DNA of 64,000 nt, from assembly GCA_043745805.1 (NCBI GenBank), contig JAYTSD010000020.1, forward strand, positions 128,001 to 192,000. The letters are read 5' to 3'. Positions 46,273 to 57,194 of this stretch are shown one piece after another; the first letter of the stretch is position 1, and every line of letters starts with the position of its first letter. This DNA is from Fibrobacteria bacterium (GTDB lineage: Bacteria > Fibrobacterota > Fibrobacteria > UBA11236). The translations under genes were made by a program, and so were the position numbers. The notes beneath the pieces were generated by a model. That model did no database searches and was not told the origin of the DNA. It saw only the letters and a program-made list of their open reading frames with translations.

Positions 46273-49200
46273 ATGGAACTGATTCTTAAGGTTTTCCAAC
46301 CCTCTTTTATTTTCTTTTATGCCTATTTAAGTCTTTCGCTTGCGCAAGCGTTACCAGCGAACTTTACCCTTACTAATATCCTTCCCACGGTAGTACAAGG
46401 CACCAGCATTTTGCAAACAGCGGATACCCGACTTTTCATCACTGAATTAGGCGGCGATTTAAAAACATATAAAAGTGGCACATCTTATACATTGCATCAT
46501 TTCCCTACCAGCAATGCGCGCTCGGAGCAAGGTTTATTCGGATTAGTTGCGGATCCCAATTATGCGACCAATGGTTGGATGTATGTGCATTATTTTGTTT
46601 TCGTAAATGGTGGAGATCAAGATTATCACGTTGTGATGCGTTTCACATTAGCTAATCCTTTGGGAGGAAATCCAACTTATGTGGATGGTAGTGAATATTT
46701 AATTTATCGATTGCCTAATTTACCTGCGGGTAATTCGCGACATAACGGTGGACATATAACATTTGGTAGCGATGGCTACTTATACATCTGTAAGGGTGAA
46801 GGCGAACATCAAGAGCAAGCTGAAATTTTAACTAATGTGTTTGGGAAATTAATTCGCATTGATGCGCACAGTAATTCGGCAAGCAATAGCGACATCGATG
46901 GTCATTATGGTATTCCAGCAGGTAATGCGGGTTTAGCCAAACCGGAAATTTTCGCCTATGGTTTTCGTAATCCTTGGTCTTTAAGTAAAGATCCTTCCAG
47001 TGAAGATATTTACATAGGTGACGTGGGTGGTACTGAGGAAATAAATCGAGTAATCCCATCCTTACATGTAGGGAAGAAATTTGGTTGGGGAGCCGGAGGA
47101 AATTCCGGAATGTTTAGTTGTGGCGATGCGACCTATGTTTGCCCAATGGTGGCCTATGACGGAGGAGCCGTAACCGGCGTAGCAGTGAAAAGAAATATTG
47201 GCGGCAATTGGCCGGCAGAATATATTAATACGGTTTTTTATTCTGATCATAATGGACGATGGATTAAGTATACGCCGATTGGCCAAAACAATCCTGTAAC
47301 ATTTGATGCGAATGGCGATCAACCCTTAGGTTTAACCTTTGGTGAAGTGGATGGCAATCTTTATTATTGCACCTATAATAGAAATGGTCTTTGGCAAGTA
47401 CGTTATGATGGTGTGGTTCCTGTTGCACCAGCCATTGTTACTCAACCCGTGAGTAAAACTGTTCATTCTGGAAACACAACAACATTTGCTGTGGTAGCCT
47501 CTGGCACACCTTTAAACTTTAAATGGCAAAGTGCACCTGTAGGAAGCACAAATTTTACGGACCTTGTTGAAGGTGCGATATTTACAGGTGTTGCCACTGC
47601 AAATTTAAGTGTTAAACCTACAGTAAGCCAAGCTGGAAATTATCGCGTAGTGATTTCTAATACCGCTGGCTCCGTAACAAGTAATACGGTAGTACTCGCG
47701 GTGTTACCGCCTGACTTTGCGCCTTCTATTACTTTTAATGCTCCTGCACAAGGTTCTTTTTTTACGGTTCCTAATCCGATTAATTTTTCTGCGACAGCTA
47801 ATGATCCTGAACAGGGAAATTTACCACCTAGTGCATTTCATTGGGATTTAGAATTAGCACATCGTACTTCGCCAAGCGTATATCATACGCATCCTATCAC
47901 TTTTTACGATGCTACTCAAACAGGAAATTTTGCGAGTACGGTTGGAGGCGAGCCAAGTAATCAGGTTTGGTTGCTATTAATTTGTACCGTAACCGATAGC
48001 GCCGGCAATATCGATAAAGATACTTTAACTCTATTCCCTAATTTGGTTCCAATGACTGCGAAGTCTGTGCCTCCTGGATTAAATGTGGTAGCAATGGAAT
48101 TAGTTAAAACCGATACCACCTTTAATGCGGTGATAGGAAATGATGGAAGAATCAATGCCAACTCCCCTCAAATTATCAATGGTGTTCGTTATGATTTTGA
48201 TCATTGGGTATTCGGAGGCACAGTCCCGAGTGGTTTGAATACCACCACCCCTTTTCAAACTTTTATCGTACCAACAACAACCTCTATCTTTACGGCGTAC
48301 TATAATGCCACTCCCGTTGCTACCGTTTATTCCATTAAAGCGGTTAACAATAATTACGCTACTTTATTAGCAGACAATCGCGTGCAACCTAATTCAGCAA
48401 CGGTAACCGGCAATAGTCAATTATTTGAAATGTATGATAATGGCGATGCCACTCTCTATTTAAAAGCCTTAGGCAATGGCAAATATTGCCAAGCAACCGG
48501 AGATGCAGATATGACTTGTGATTTAGCCACAGTCAGTTCTGCTGCCGCAAAATGGACATTAGTGGATAATGGAAATGGAACAAAAGCGGTTAAAAATGCA
48601 GGTAGTTTAAAATACATGGTGGCAGAAGGTGGGGGTGGTGCACCACTCAAAGCAAATCGCGCTAATGTCTCTGGTTGGGAATCTTTTACTTTCGCGGTAC
48701 AAGCTGCTCCAACCCCTCAATATGGAATTACGCTTGCCGTATCAGGCGGCGCGGGAACTACAAGTCCAACGATTGGCACTACGACTCAAGTATCTTCTGG
48801 GGGTAGCTTGAATATTACGGCTACTCCAGGTGCGGGAATGATATTTGATCATTGGACAGTATCGGCTGGATCCACGATTGCCAATGCATTAAGCGCAAAT
48901 ACACAAATCACAAATGTATCAGCAGCAGGCACAGTCACCGCATTTTTTATTGCGGCCCCTCAATATGGAATTACCCTTGCAACAGGTTCTGGTACAGGTA
49001 CTACCACTCCAGTAACTGGCACAACCACTCAAATCTCTTCCGGCGGCAGCTTGAATATTACGGCTACGCCAGGAGCAGGTATGGTATTCGATCATTGGAA
49101 TGTATCGGCAGGTTTGACTATTGCAAATGCAAATAGCGCTAGCACACAGATCACCAATGTGACGGTGGCAGGAACCGTCTATGCTTATTTTGTCCCCTTT

Positions 49201-50715
49201 TATGGAATCACTCTTGCCGTGTCAGGCACAGGAACAACAACTCCTGCCGTGGGCACAACTACTCAAATAATCTCCGGTGGTAATTTAAATATTACGGCTA
49301 CGCCAGGAGCAGGTATGGTATTCGATCATTGGAATGTATCCGCTGGGTTAACTATTGCAAGTACGACAAGTGCCAGCACACAGATTACGAATGTGTCCGC
49401 AGCGGGAACTGTAACGGCTTTCTTTATTGCAGCTCCTCCAACTAATGGGACTAAATACGCATTTAAAGCAACCAATAATCAATATGTCACCTTATTAGCA
49501 GATAATAAATTGAATCCAAATTCAACTACGATAGCGGGCAATAATCAATTATTGGAAGTGGGTAGTAATGGGGATGGTACTGTATATATAAAAGCGGTAG
49601 GAAATAATTTGTATTGCCAAGCCACAGGCGCTAATGATGTGACTTGTGATGCAGCGAGTGCGACAGCAAATGCGGCTAAGTGGACTCAGGTTAATAATGC
49701 CAATGGAAGCACTTCATTTAAAAATATCGGTACTGCGGGTCATCTGGTAGCTGAAGGTGGCGGTGGACAACCTTTAAAGGCCAATCGCGCCAATATTTCG
49801 GGTTGGGAGTCATTTACGATTACTGTTCAAGTTCCTCAAGGCCCGCAATATGGAATAACAATGGCAGTATCAGGAACTGGAACGACCGCTCCAGCTGTGG
49901 GCACAACAACACAAGTGAGCTCGGGTGGGAGTTTAAATGTAATAGCTACACCAGGAGCTGGAATGAAATTCGATCATTGGACTGTGTCAGCAGGATTGGC
50001 CATTACCAGTGCAACGACAGCGTCCACGCAAATCACGAATGTGACGGTAGCGGGAACAGTTACAGCCTATTTTATCGCGATACCGCAATATGGAATAACC
50101 CTTGCAGCATCGGGTACGGGGACAACAGCTCCGGCTGTTGGAACAACTACTCAGGTAACTTCAGGTAATAACTTAAGTGTTACGGCGACACCTAGTGCAG
50201 GAATGCTCTTTGATCACTGGACCGTATCGGCTGGGTTAACTATCACTAGTACAACCAGTGCAACAACGCAAATCACTAATGTAACAGTCGCGGGTACGGT
50301 AACCGCCTATTTTGTGACAGCGCCTCTGGGCACAAGGTATTCTTTTAAAGCGGTTAACAATCAATATGTTACTTTACAAGCGGATACAAAATTAATCCCC
50401 AATTCAACCACAGTTGCTGGCAATAATCAATTGTTTGAAATCGGGAGTAACGCAGACGCTACGCTATATATTAAGTCTTTAGGCAATGGCTTATATTGTC
50501 AAGCTACAGGTGCAAATGATGTTACTTGCGATCTTGCTTCGGTTAGTATTGCTGCAGCAAAATGGACGCAAACCAATAATGCCAATGGCACGAAGTCTTT
50601 TAAAAATAGCGGAACCAATGGTTATTTGGTAGCAGAAAACGGCGGTGGCGCACCTCTAAAAGCAAATCGTGCCAATATTTCGGGTTGGGAATCCTTTACC
50701 CTATTAGCCCAGTAA
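46273..50715 (+). CDS. Secreted GSDH-type beta-propeller dehydrogenase with Ig/PKD domains, three fascin-like beta-trefoils and five ~78-aa repeats
   Basis: EQGLFGL, RHNGG, GFRNPW, GDVG..EEIN; three LKANRAN.SGWESF modules; five YGIT...FDHW...VxAxF repeats. Confidence 0.82.
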   Translation: MELILKVFQPSFIFFYAYLSLSLAQALPANFTLTNILPTVVQGTSILQTADTRLFITELGGDLKTYKSGTSYTLHHFPTSNARSEQGLFGLVADPNYATNGWMYVHYFVFVNGGDQDYHVVMRFTLANPLGGNPTYVDGSEYLIYRLPNLPAGNSRHNGGHITFGSDGYLYICKGEGEHQEQAEILTNVFGKLIRIDAHSNSASNSDIDGHYGIPAGNAGLAKPEIFAYGFRNPWSLSKDPSSEDIYIGDVGGTEEINRVIPSLHVGKKFGWGAGGNSGMFSCGDATYVCPMVAYDGGAVTGVAVKRNIGGNWPAEYINTVFYSDHNGRWIKYTPIGQNNPVTFDANGDQPLGLTFGEVDGNLYYCTYNRNGLWQVRYDGVVPVAPAIVTQPVSKTVHSGNTTTFAVVASGTPLNFKWQSAPVGSTNFTDLVEGAIFTGVATANLSVKPTVSQAGNYRVVISNTAGSVTSNTVVLAVLPPDFAPSITFNAPAQGSFFTVPNPINFSATANDPEQGNLPPSAFHWDLELAHRTSPSVYHTHPITFYDATQTGNFASTVGGEPSNQVWLLLICTVTDSAGNIDKDTLTLFPNLVPMTAKSVPPGLNVVAMELVKTDTTFNAVIGNDGRINANSPQIINGVRYDFDHWVFGGTVPSGLNTTTPFQTFIVPTTTSIFTAYYNATPVATVYSIKAVNNNYATLLADNRVQPNSATVTGNSQLFEMYDNGDATLYLKALGNGKYCQATGDADMTCDLATVSSAAAKWTLVDNGNGTKAVKNAGSLKYMVAEGGGGAPLKANRANVSGWESFTFAVQAAPTPQYGITLAVSGGAGTTSPTIGTTTQVSSGGSLNITATPGAGMIFDHWTVSAGSTIANALSANTQITNVSAAGTVTAFFIAAPQYGITLATGSGTGTTTPVTGTTTQISSGGSLNITATPGAGMVFDHWNVSAGLTIANANSASTQITNVTVAGTVYAYFVPFYGITLAVSGTGTTTPAVGTTTQIISGGNLNITATPGAGMVFDHWNVSAGLTIASTTSASTQITNVSAAGTVTAFFIAAPPTNGTKYAFKATNNQYVTLLADNKLNPNSTTIAGNNQLLEVGSNGDGTVYIKAVGNNLYCQATGANDVTCDAASATANAAKWTQVNNANGSTSFKNIGTAGHLVAEGGGGQPLKANRANISGWESFTITVQVPQGPQYGITMAVSGTGTTAPAVGTTTQVSSGGSLNVIATPGAGMKFDHWTVSAGLAITSATTASTQITNVTVAGTVTAYFIAIPQYGITLAASGTGTTAPAVGTTTQVTSGNNLSVTATPSAGMLFDHWTVSAGLTITSTTSATTQITNVTVAGTVTAYFVTAPLGTRYSFKAVNNQYVTLQADTKLIPNSTTVAGNNQLFEIGSNADATLYIKSLGNGLYCQATGANDVTCDLASVSIAAAKWTQTNNANGTKSFKNSGTNGYLVAENGGGAPLKANRANISGWESFTLLAQ

Positions 50716-50950
50716 TATTACTGAGTATTTCGGTACACATTTACGAGTTCTTCTTTTTTGGAGATCTCGTTACTATTGATGCTTATAGCATCTCTGATAG
50801 AAGTAAAATGAGAAACATTTTTATTTGGGGCCATTAGGGCCTAAAAGAGAAGATGGTAAATCTAGGAAAGACTTCGATTAATAAATATTTCCGAAGTGTA
50901 GTTCAAGGACAAAGCCACATAATAAAAACATTTATGCAGGGGATCCTTTT

Positions 50951-53900
50951 ATGCAAAGAATATTAAAGTTTTTTAATGTCGCAACTATTTTTTTATTTGC
51001 GTGCTTAAGCGTTTCGCTCTTACAAGCAATTCCCCCTGCGAACTTTACTTTAAATAATATACTCCCCACTATTAAACATGGTACTACGGTTGTACAAACG
51101 GCAGATAGCCGTCTCTTTATTACTGAATTAGGTGGCGATTTAAAAACTTATAAAAATGGTGCTTCTTATACATTGCATCATTTTCCAACGAGTAATGCTC
51201 GCTCTGAGCAAGGCCTATTTGGCTTGGCCGTTGATCCCAATTATGCTAGCAATGGCTGGATGTATGTGCATTATTTCGTGTACGTTAATGGTGGTGATCA
51301 AGATTATCATGTGATTATGCGCTTCACGCTTTCTACTCCGCTCGGAGGCAATCCTGCTTATGTAGATGGTAGCGAATATCTTATTTACCGTATGCCGAAT
51401 TTACCCGGTGGCGCGTCTCGGCATAATGGCGGACATTTGGTTTTTGGCAATGATGGCTTTTTATATATCGCAAAAGGCGAAGGTGAGCGTCAGGAACAAG
51501 CGGATAATTTAACTAATGTATTTGGCAAATTAATTCGTATTGATGCACATAGTACTACCGCAAGTAATAGCGATGTGAATGGCCATTATGGTATTCCTAC
51601 CGGCAATCCAGGCTATGCTAAACCAGAAATATTTGCTAATGGATTTCGCAATCCTTGGTCCATGACCAAAGATCCTTCTAGCGAAGATATTTATCTCGGC
51701 GATGTAGGGGGTACCGAAGAAGTTAACCGGATTATCCCTTCACAGCATGTGGGTAAAAAATTTGGTTGGGGTGCGGGTGGAAATTCGGGTATGTATAATT
51801 GCGGGGATGCCGCCTATGCTTGTCCTATGGTGGCCTATGGAGGTGGAGCTATCACGGGTGTGGCTATTAAACGTAATATTGGTAGTGCTTGGCCAGCCCC
51901 TTATGCCAATGCGGTATTCTATTCGGATCATAATGGCAGATGGATTAAGTATACCGCGATTGGAACGAATGGTGGAACCATTTTTGATTCCGGCGATCAA
52001 CCCTTAGGATTAACTTTCGGTGAGGCCGATGGCGACATGTATTATTGTACCTATAATCGCGATGGCTTATGGCAAGTGCATTATAATGGGACTTCGGTTG
52101 TAGCACCTGCTATTGCGACTCATCCGCAAAACACGAGTGTGAACTCAGGCAATCAAGCCAATTTTTCTGTTGTGGCTTCGGGATCAACACTTGCTTACAA
52201 ATGGCAAAGCGCTCCGATTGGCAGCACGACTTTTACGGACCTTGTCAATAACACCATTTTTAGTGGTGTAACAACGGCCAACTTAACCATTACCGCTACT
52301 GTAAGCCAAGCAGCTAATTATCGGGTGATTGTTTCGAATACAGCGGGAAGTGTTACCAGTAACTCTGCGCAACTGACAGTATTAGCGGCCAATGCTCCAC
52401 CGGTGATTACTTTTGTTTCTCCTGCGCAAGGATCTTTTTTCACTATCCCCAATCAAATCAATTTTTCGGCGACGGCTAACGATCCTGAGCAGGGCGTTTT
52501 ACCTGCCAGCGCTTTTCACTGGGACATTGAATTAGGGCATCGCGTATCTCCAACGAATTATCATACTCATCCCGTCACATTTTTTGATGGAATAAAATCA
52601 GGGAGTTTTCCTAGCACAGTGGAAGCAGAACCAAGTCCACAAGTATGGTTGCTCTTAATTTTAACAGTAACCGATAATGCGGGTAATATCGATAAAGATA
52701 CTCTTTCAATATATCCTAATCTCACCACAGTTACGGCCAAGTCTGTTCCTGCGGGTTTAAATGTAGTGGTCATGGATTTAGTAAAAACGGATACTACTTT
52801 CCCCGCTGTTATTGGCAATGATGGAAGAATAAATGCAAATACTCCGCAATTTGCGAATGGCAATCGTTATGATTTCGAGCATTGGAGTTTTTCCGGAGAT
52901 GTCCCGCCGGAATTAAATACCACAACAGTTTTCCAAAACTTTATTGTACGCGGAAACCCTACAACTTTTACGGCGAATTATATCGCTACGCCCGTCCCCA
53001 CTTTGCAAGCGGAAGCGGCCGCATTTGTTGGAGCTACAGTCGGCAATGGTTATGCTGGATATCATGGCACAGGATTTTTGGATTATCAAAATGCCAGCAA
53101 TGATTATATCGAATGGACGGCAGCAGCAACCACAGCAGGTGTTTATACCATTGGCTTTCGTTATGCTTTAAGTGCGGGTAATCGTCCACTCAAACTTACC
53201 ATTAATGGAGTGGATGTTGTGGCTTCATTAAGCTTCCCCGCTACTGGAGCATTTACCACTTGGGCTACCATTAATACTGTACAAAATCTTATTGCCGGCA
53301 ATAATAAAATTCGTCTCACTGCCATTGGAAGCAGTGGTGGAAATTTTGATGAAATGACCTACTCCTTGAATGGTCCACCTAATACCAAAACGTATGGGGT
53401 AACATTGAGTGTCGCCAATGGCTTAGGATCGGTTTCGCCCGTAGGTACCACTCAAGTTACTGCTGGTGCCAATTTGACGATTAGTGCAACACCTAGTGCG
53501 GGTTATGTTTTTGCGCATTGGCATGCAACAGGCGTGACAGTAGCAGATTTGAACAATCCCAATACCAATGTCGTATCCGTGAATGCAATTGGCACCGTGC
53601 AAGCACATTTTGATACGATTCAATCTGTAACCACTAAAACTTTCCCTGCGGAAAACGCGACTTTTGTGGGTCCGGTTTTTGGGAATAATTATACAGGTTA
53701 TAATGGCACTGGATTTTTGGATTATCAAAATGCTAGTATTGATTATATCGAGTGGACAGTACCCACTACTGCTGCAGGTTCTTATAATTTGGCTTTTCGT
53801 TATGCTCAAGGTTCAGGAAATCGTTCGCTTAAACTAAGGATTAATGGGGTTGATGTAGTCGCTTCCTTAACTTTTGCAGCAACAGGTTCTTTTAATACCT

Positions 53901-54343
53901 GGGCTACAGTTACATCCACACAAAGTCTTATTAATGGCTCGAATAAAATTCGTCTGACAGCTATCGGTAGTAGCGGTGGAAATTTTGATGAGCTCACCGT
54001 TAGTGGAGCAGGTTTAGCTAAAAGAGGCTCCGAAAATTTTTCAGCTACTCCAAGTAGAAATTATTTAGGTTTGCAAAAAAATATATATCGCCTATCTTCA
54101 GCACAATTTATTCCTATTGGACTTGCGAATAATGTGGATGATAATGCTTTGCTCGAATTTAAATTGATTTCCTTAGAAGGAAAAATTTCTGCTTACTTTA
54201 AAAAACCTATAATTGGATTAATGGAGTATCAATGGGATGTGGGAAACAATTCCAATTTAAAACCGGGCTTGTATTTTTATCAAGTAAAAATATTAGGCTT
54301 AGAAACAAAAATAAAATCCGGAAAATTGATGTTATTACGTTAA
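50951..54343 (+). CDS. Paralogous secreted GSDH-type dehydrogenase with two CBM35-like modules and a C-terminal sorting-like domain
   Basis: N-terminal ~680 aa closely similar to the upstream gene; two GY.GTGFLDYQNA...NKIRLTAIGSSGGNFD modules; ends LKPGLYFYQV...GKLMLLR. Confidence 0.82.
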   Translation: MQRILKFFNVATIFLFACLSVSLLQAIPPANFTLNNILPTIKHGTTVVQTADSRLFITELGGDLKTYKNGASYTLHHFPTSNARSEQGLFGLAVDPNYASNGWMYVHYFVYVNGGDQDYHVIMRFTLSTPLGGNPAYVDGSEYLIYRMPNLPGGASRHNGGHLVFGNDGFLYIAKGEGERQEQADNLTNVFGKLIRIDAHSTTASNSDVNGHYGIPTGNPGYAKPEIFANGFRNPWSMTKDPSSEDIYLGDVGGTEEVNRIIPSQHVGKKFGWGAGGNSGMYNCGDAAYACPMVAYGGGAITGVAIKRNIGSAWPAPYANAVFYSDHNGRWIKYTAIGTNGGTIFDSGDQPLGLTFGEADGDMYYCTYNRDGLWQVHYNGTSVVAPAIATHPQNTSVNSGNQANFSVVASGSTLAYKWQSAPIGSTTFTDLVNNTIFSGVTTANLTITATVSQAANYRVIVSNTAGSVTSNSAQLTVLAANAPPVITFVSPAQGSFFTIPNQINFSATANDPEQGVLPASAFHWDIELGHRVSPTNYHTHPVTFFDGIKSGSFPSTVEAEPSPQVWLLLILTVTDNAGNIDKDTLSIYPNLTTVTAKSVPAGLNVVVMDLVKTDTTFPAVIGNDGRINANTPQFANGNRYDFEHWSFSGDVPPELNTTTVFQNFIVRGNPTTFTANYIATPVPTLQAEAAAFVGATVGNGYAGYHGTGFLDYQNASNDYIEWTAAATTAGVYTIGFRYALSAGNRPLKLTINGVDVVASLSFPATGAFTTWATINTVQNLIAGNNKIRLTAIGSSGGNFDEMTYSLNGPPNTKTYGVTLSVANGLGSVSPVGTTQVTAGANLTISATPSAGYVFAHWHATGVTVADLNNPNTNVVSVNAIGTVQAHFDTIQSVTTKTFPAENATFVGPVFGNNYTGYNGTGFLDYQNASIDYIEWTVPTTAAGSYNLAFRYAQGSGNRSLKLRINGVDVVASLTFAATGSFNTWATVTSTQSLINGSNKIRLTAIGSSGGNFDELTVSGAGLAKRGSENFSATPSRNYLGLQKNIYRLSSAQFIPIGLANNVDDNALLEFKLISLEGKISAYFKKPIIGLMEYQWDVGNNSNLKPGLYFYQVKILGLETKIKSGKLMLLR

Positions 54344-54366
54344 GTATTTCTTTACTTTGTTAATTT

Positions 54367-54393
54367 AAGCCTCCTCTTTGAGGGGGCTTTTTA
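54367..54393 (+). terminator. Intrinsic terminator
   Basis: aagcctcctc-ttt-gagggggctt followed by a T run. Confidence 0.8.
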
Positions 54394-54479
54394 TTTTGTA
54401 TGGGTTTTATGTCTTAAAAATCCAACAAGAATAAAAAAAGCTATTAGGTTTTGGGGAATGTTAAAAGGATATCAATCGA

Positions 54480-55754
54480 ATGGATAAATTAGATTCTATT
54501 TCCGAAAAAGAAAAACCTAAGGGAAAAGTGTTTACACCCTATCAGGTTTTTATCATAGCCATTTTGGCTTTCTTACAGTTTTCCATTGTCTTGGATTTTA
54601 TGATTCTCTCCCCTCTCGGCGCTTTGTTGATGGATGTATTGCATATTACCACCAAACAATTTGGTTTATTGGTTTCGGTTTATGCCTTTAGTGCAGGCTC
54701 CGCAGGTATATTGGCGGCGGGATTCGCGGATAAGTTCGATCGGAAAAAACTTTTATTGTTTTTTTATGCTGGCTTTATTCTCGGTACTTTTTTATGTGGT
54801 ATAGCGCCTAATTATCACTTTCTTTTGATAGCGCGTATTGTAACCGGCCTATTTGGTGGAGTAATCGGATCTATTAGTTTTTCTATTATTGCTGATTTAT
54901 TCGCTATGGAATTTCGCGGACGTGTAATGGGTTTTGTGCAAACGGCCTTTGCCACGACTCAAGTTTTAGGTATACCCTTAGGTCTTTATCTCTCTAATCA
55001 TTGGGGCTGGCATATGCCCTTTTTAATGATTGTAGGTATCAGTATAATTGTTGCCATTTTAATTGCCGTTAAAATGAAACCTATTGATGCGCATTTAAAA
55101 ATTTCATCCGATCGCAATGCCTTTCAACATTTATTAAAAACGGTTTCACAAATGCGTTATTTAAAAGCCTTTGCCGCCACCACTTTATTGGCTACGGGTG
55201 GATTTATGTTAATGCCTTTTGGCAGTGCGTTCAGTGTGCATAATTTGGGAATCTCTTTACATAAATTACCTATGGTCTATATGATTACTGGATTTGCATC
55301 AATATTAGCAGGCCCTTTAATGGGTAAGTTAAGCGATTCTATTGGCAAATACGCGGTGTTTTTTATCGGGTCCGTTATCAGTATGATCATGGTATTAATC
55401 TACTGTAACTTGGGAGTTACTCCATTATGGGCGGTTATATTGGTTAATGTTATTTTATTTATTGGAATATCCGCTCGGATTATTTCCGCCTCTGCATTAA
55501 TGTCAGCGGTTCCCGACCCCAGGGATAGAGGGGCTTTCATGGCCATTAACGCTTCTACTCAGCAACTTTCCGGTGGTTTGGCGGCAACCTTAGCTGGTTT
55601 TATAGTGATACAAAATGCGGACGAATCTCTAGGCCAATATAATGTATTAGGTTTTGTATCAGTTGGAGCAATGATGCTTACTTTAATCATGCTTTATTTT
55701 ATCAATAAATCGGTCATCGAAAAACAAAAAATGATCGAAGTAAAAACGCATTAA
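54480..55754 (+). CDS. MFS transporter
   Basis: GFADKFDRKK motif A; ~12 TMs. Confidence 0.92.
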   Translation: MDKLDSISEKEKPKGKVFTPYQVFIIAILAFLQFSIVLDFMILSPLGALLMDVLHITTKQFGLLVSVYAFSAGSAGILAAGFADKFDRKKLLLFFYAGFILGTFLCGIAPNYHFLLIARIVTGLFGGVIGSISFSIIADLFAMEFRGRVMGFVQTAFATTQVLGIPLGLYLSNHWGWHMPFLMIVGISIIVAILIAVKMKPIDAHLKISSDRNAFQHLLKTVSQMRYLKAFAATTLLATGGFMLMPFGSAFSVHNLGISLHKLPMVYMITGFASILAGPLMGKLSDSIGKYAVFFIGSVISMIMVLIYCNLGVTPLWAVILVNVILFIGISARIISASALMSAVPDPRDRGAFMAINASTQQLSGGLAATLAGFIVIQNADESLGQYNVLGFVSVGAMMLTLIMLYFINKSVIEKQKMIEVKTH

Positions 55755-55806
55755 TTTTTAGTCCTAACTTTATTACTTCCTATTTTCCCTTTATGAATTG
55801 TAATCG

Positions 55807-56724
55807 ATGAATTTATCCCCTCAAAAATCCCGAAAACCTATGGATGCCTTCGCCGCTTTCATTATGCTTTTACTTTGCCTAGTTTGGGGTTTACATCAAG
55901 TAGCCATTAAAGCGGCGGGTGCGGATATGAATCCAGTTTTGCAAGTGGGGATTCGTTCCTTAGTGGCCGCGACAATAATGTTTGTGATGCTATGGTTACG
56001 TAAGCAATTAAATCAATTTCGTAGAGAAACCTTTATTCCTGGAATAGTCATAAGTATTTTATTTGCTGGCGAATTCTTATGTGTTGCCCTCGGTTTAAAT
56101 TTTACCAGCGCATCTCATATGTCGGTGTTTCTTTATACCGCGCCTATATTCGCTGCCTTAGGATTGCATTTTTGGGTAAAGGGAGAAAAACTAAAATGGT
56201 TGCAATGGATAGGAATACTCGTAGCCTTCACCGGAATCGCTTTCGCTTTTTCTAATGGATTTAGTAGAGGTGACAGTTTCTCAAAATTAATTCTATGGGG
56301 AGACATACTTGGTGTATGTGCTGGACTATTTTGGGCGGCGACAACGGTTTATATTCGTTTTTCGGTTTTATCAGAAGCACCTGCTTCGATCACTTTATTA
56401 TATCAACTTTTAGGGGCTGCATTAATATTACTTCCCATTGCTTATTGTAAAGGCTATACCCATACATTTTCTATGACGACCGTAGTTTGGACAAGTTTAA
56501 TTTTTCAGTCCGTGATAATCGCTTTTGTCAGTTTTTTGACTTGGTTTTGGATGTTACGTATTTATTTAGCATCCCGGCTTTCGGTATTTTCTTTTTTAAC
56601 ACCATTATTCGGAGTCGCTTTTGGGGTGTGGCTTTTGCACGATACTTTGGATCAACGATTTATTGTAGGCTCGGTTTTAGTGATGCTGGGCGTGATCACC
56701 GTGAATTGGAAAACCGCCGACTAA
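55807..56724 (+). CDS. DMT/EamA-family transporter
   Basis: Two EamA halves; VWGLHQVAIK, FLTPLFGV. Confidence 0.9.
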   Translation: MNLSPQKSRKPMDAFAAFIMLLLCLVWGLHQVAIKAAGADMNPVLQVGIRSLVAATIMFVMLWLRKQLNQFRRETFIPGIVISILFAGEFLCVALGLNFTSASHMSVFLYTAPIFAALGLHFWVKGEKLKWLQWIGILVAFTGIAFAFSNGFSRGDSFSKLILWGDILGVCAGLFWAATTVYIRFSVLSEAPASITLLYQLLGAALILLPIAYCKGYTHTFSMTTVVWTSLIFQSVIIAFVSFLTWFWMLRIYLASRLSVFSFLTPLFGVAFGVWLLHDTLDQRFIVGSVLVMLGVITVNWKTAD

Positions 56725-57194
56725 TTATTCAATAATTTATTTAATCCGTAAATAAAGTCTTTACGATTATCATGTACTTCGGGAATTTTATTGGTCATTT
56801 CAATCGCTTCCTTAGGGCAAGCTTCGACGCAATAACCGCAATAAATGCATTTCAACATATCGATTTCAAAAACCTTAGGAATTTTATCGCGACCATCCCA
56901 AGTGGGTGGTGCAGCTTGCGCTTCGATATTAATGCAAAGCGCAGGACAGGCTGTAGCGCACATATAACAGGCCACGCATTTCATATGACCATCGGCATCC
57001 TTAGTTAAGCGATGCTCCCCACGAAAGCGTTCGTTGATTTCAGGACGTGCTTCTGGGTATTGTATAGTAACTGGTTTTTTAAAAAACTGCTTGATGGAAA
57101 CTGTCATTCCTTGCGCAATGGCAGGCAGATATATGCTATTCCAAAAGGAAAGTTTATTGCCTTGTGTGGAAGGCTTAATCGTTTTAACGGACAT
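56721..57194 (-). CDS. nuoI: NADH-quinone oxidoreductase subunit I
   Basis: TIQYPE; two CxxCxxCxxxCP motifs. Confidence 0.95.
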   Translation of the reverse strand: MSVKTIKPSTQGNKLSFWNSIYLPAIAQGMTVSIKQFFKKPVTIQYPEARPEINERFRGEHRLTKDADGHMKCVACYMCATACPALCINIEAQAAPPTWDGRDKIPKVFEIDMLKCIYCGYCVEACPKEAIEMTNKIPEVHDNRKDFIYGLNKLLNN

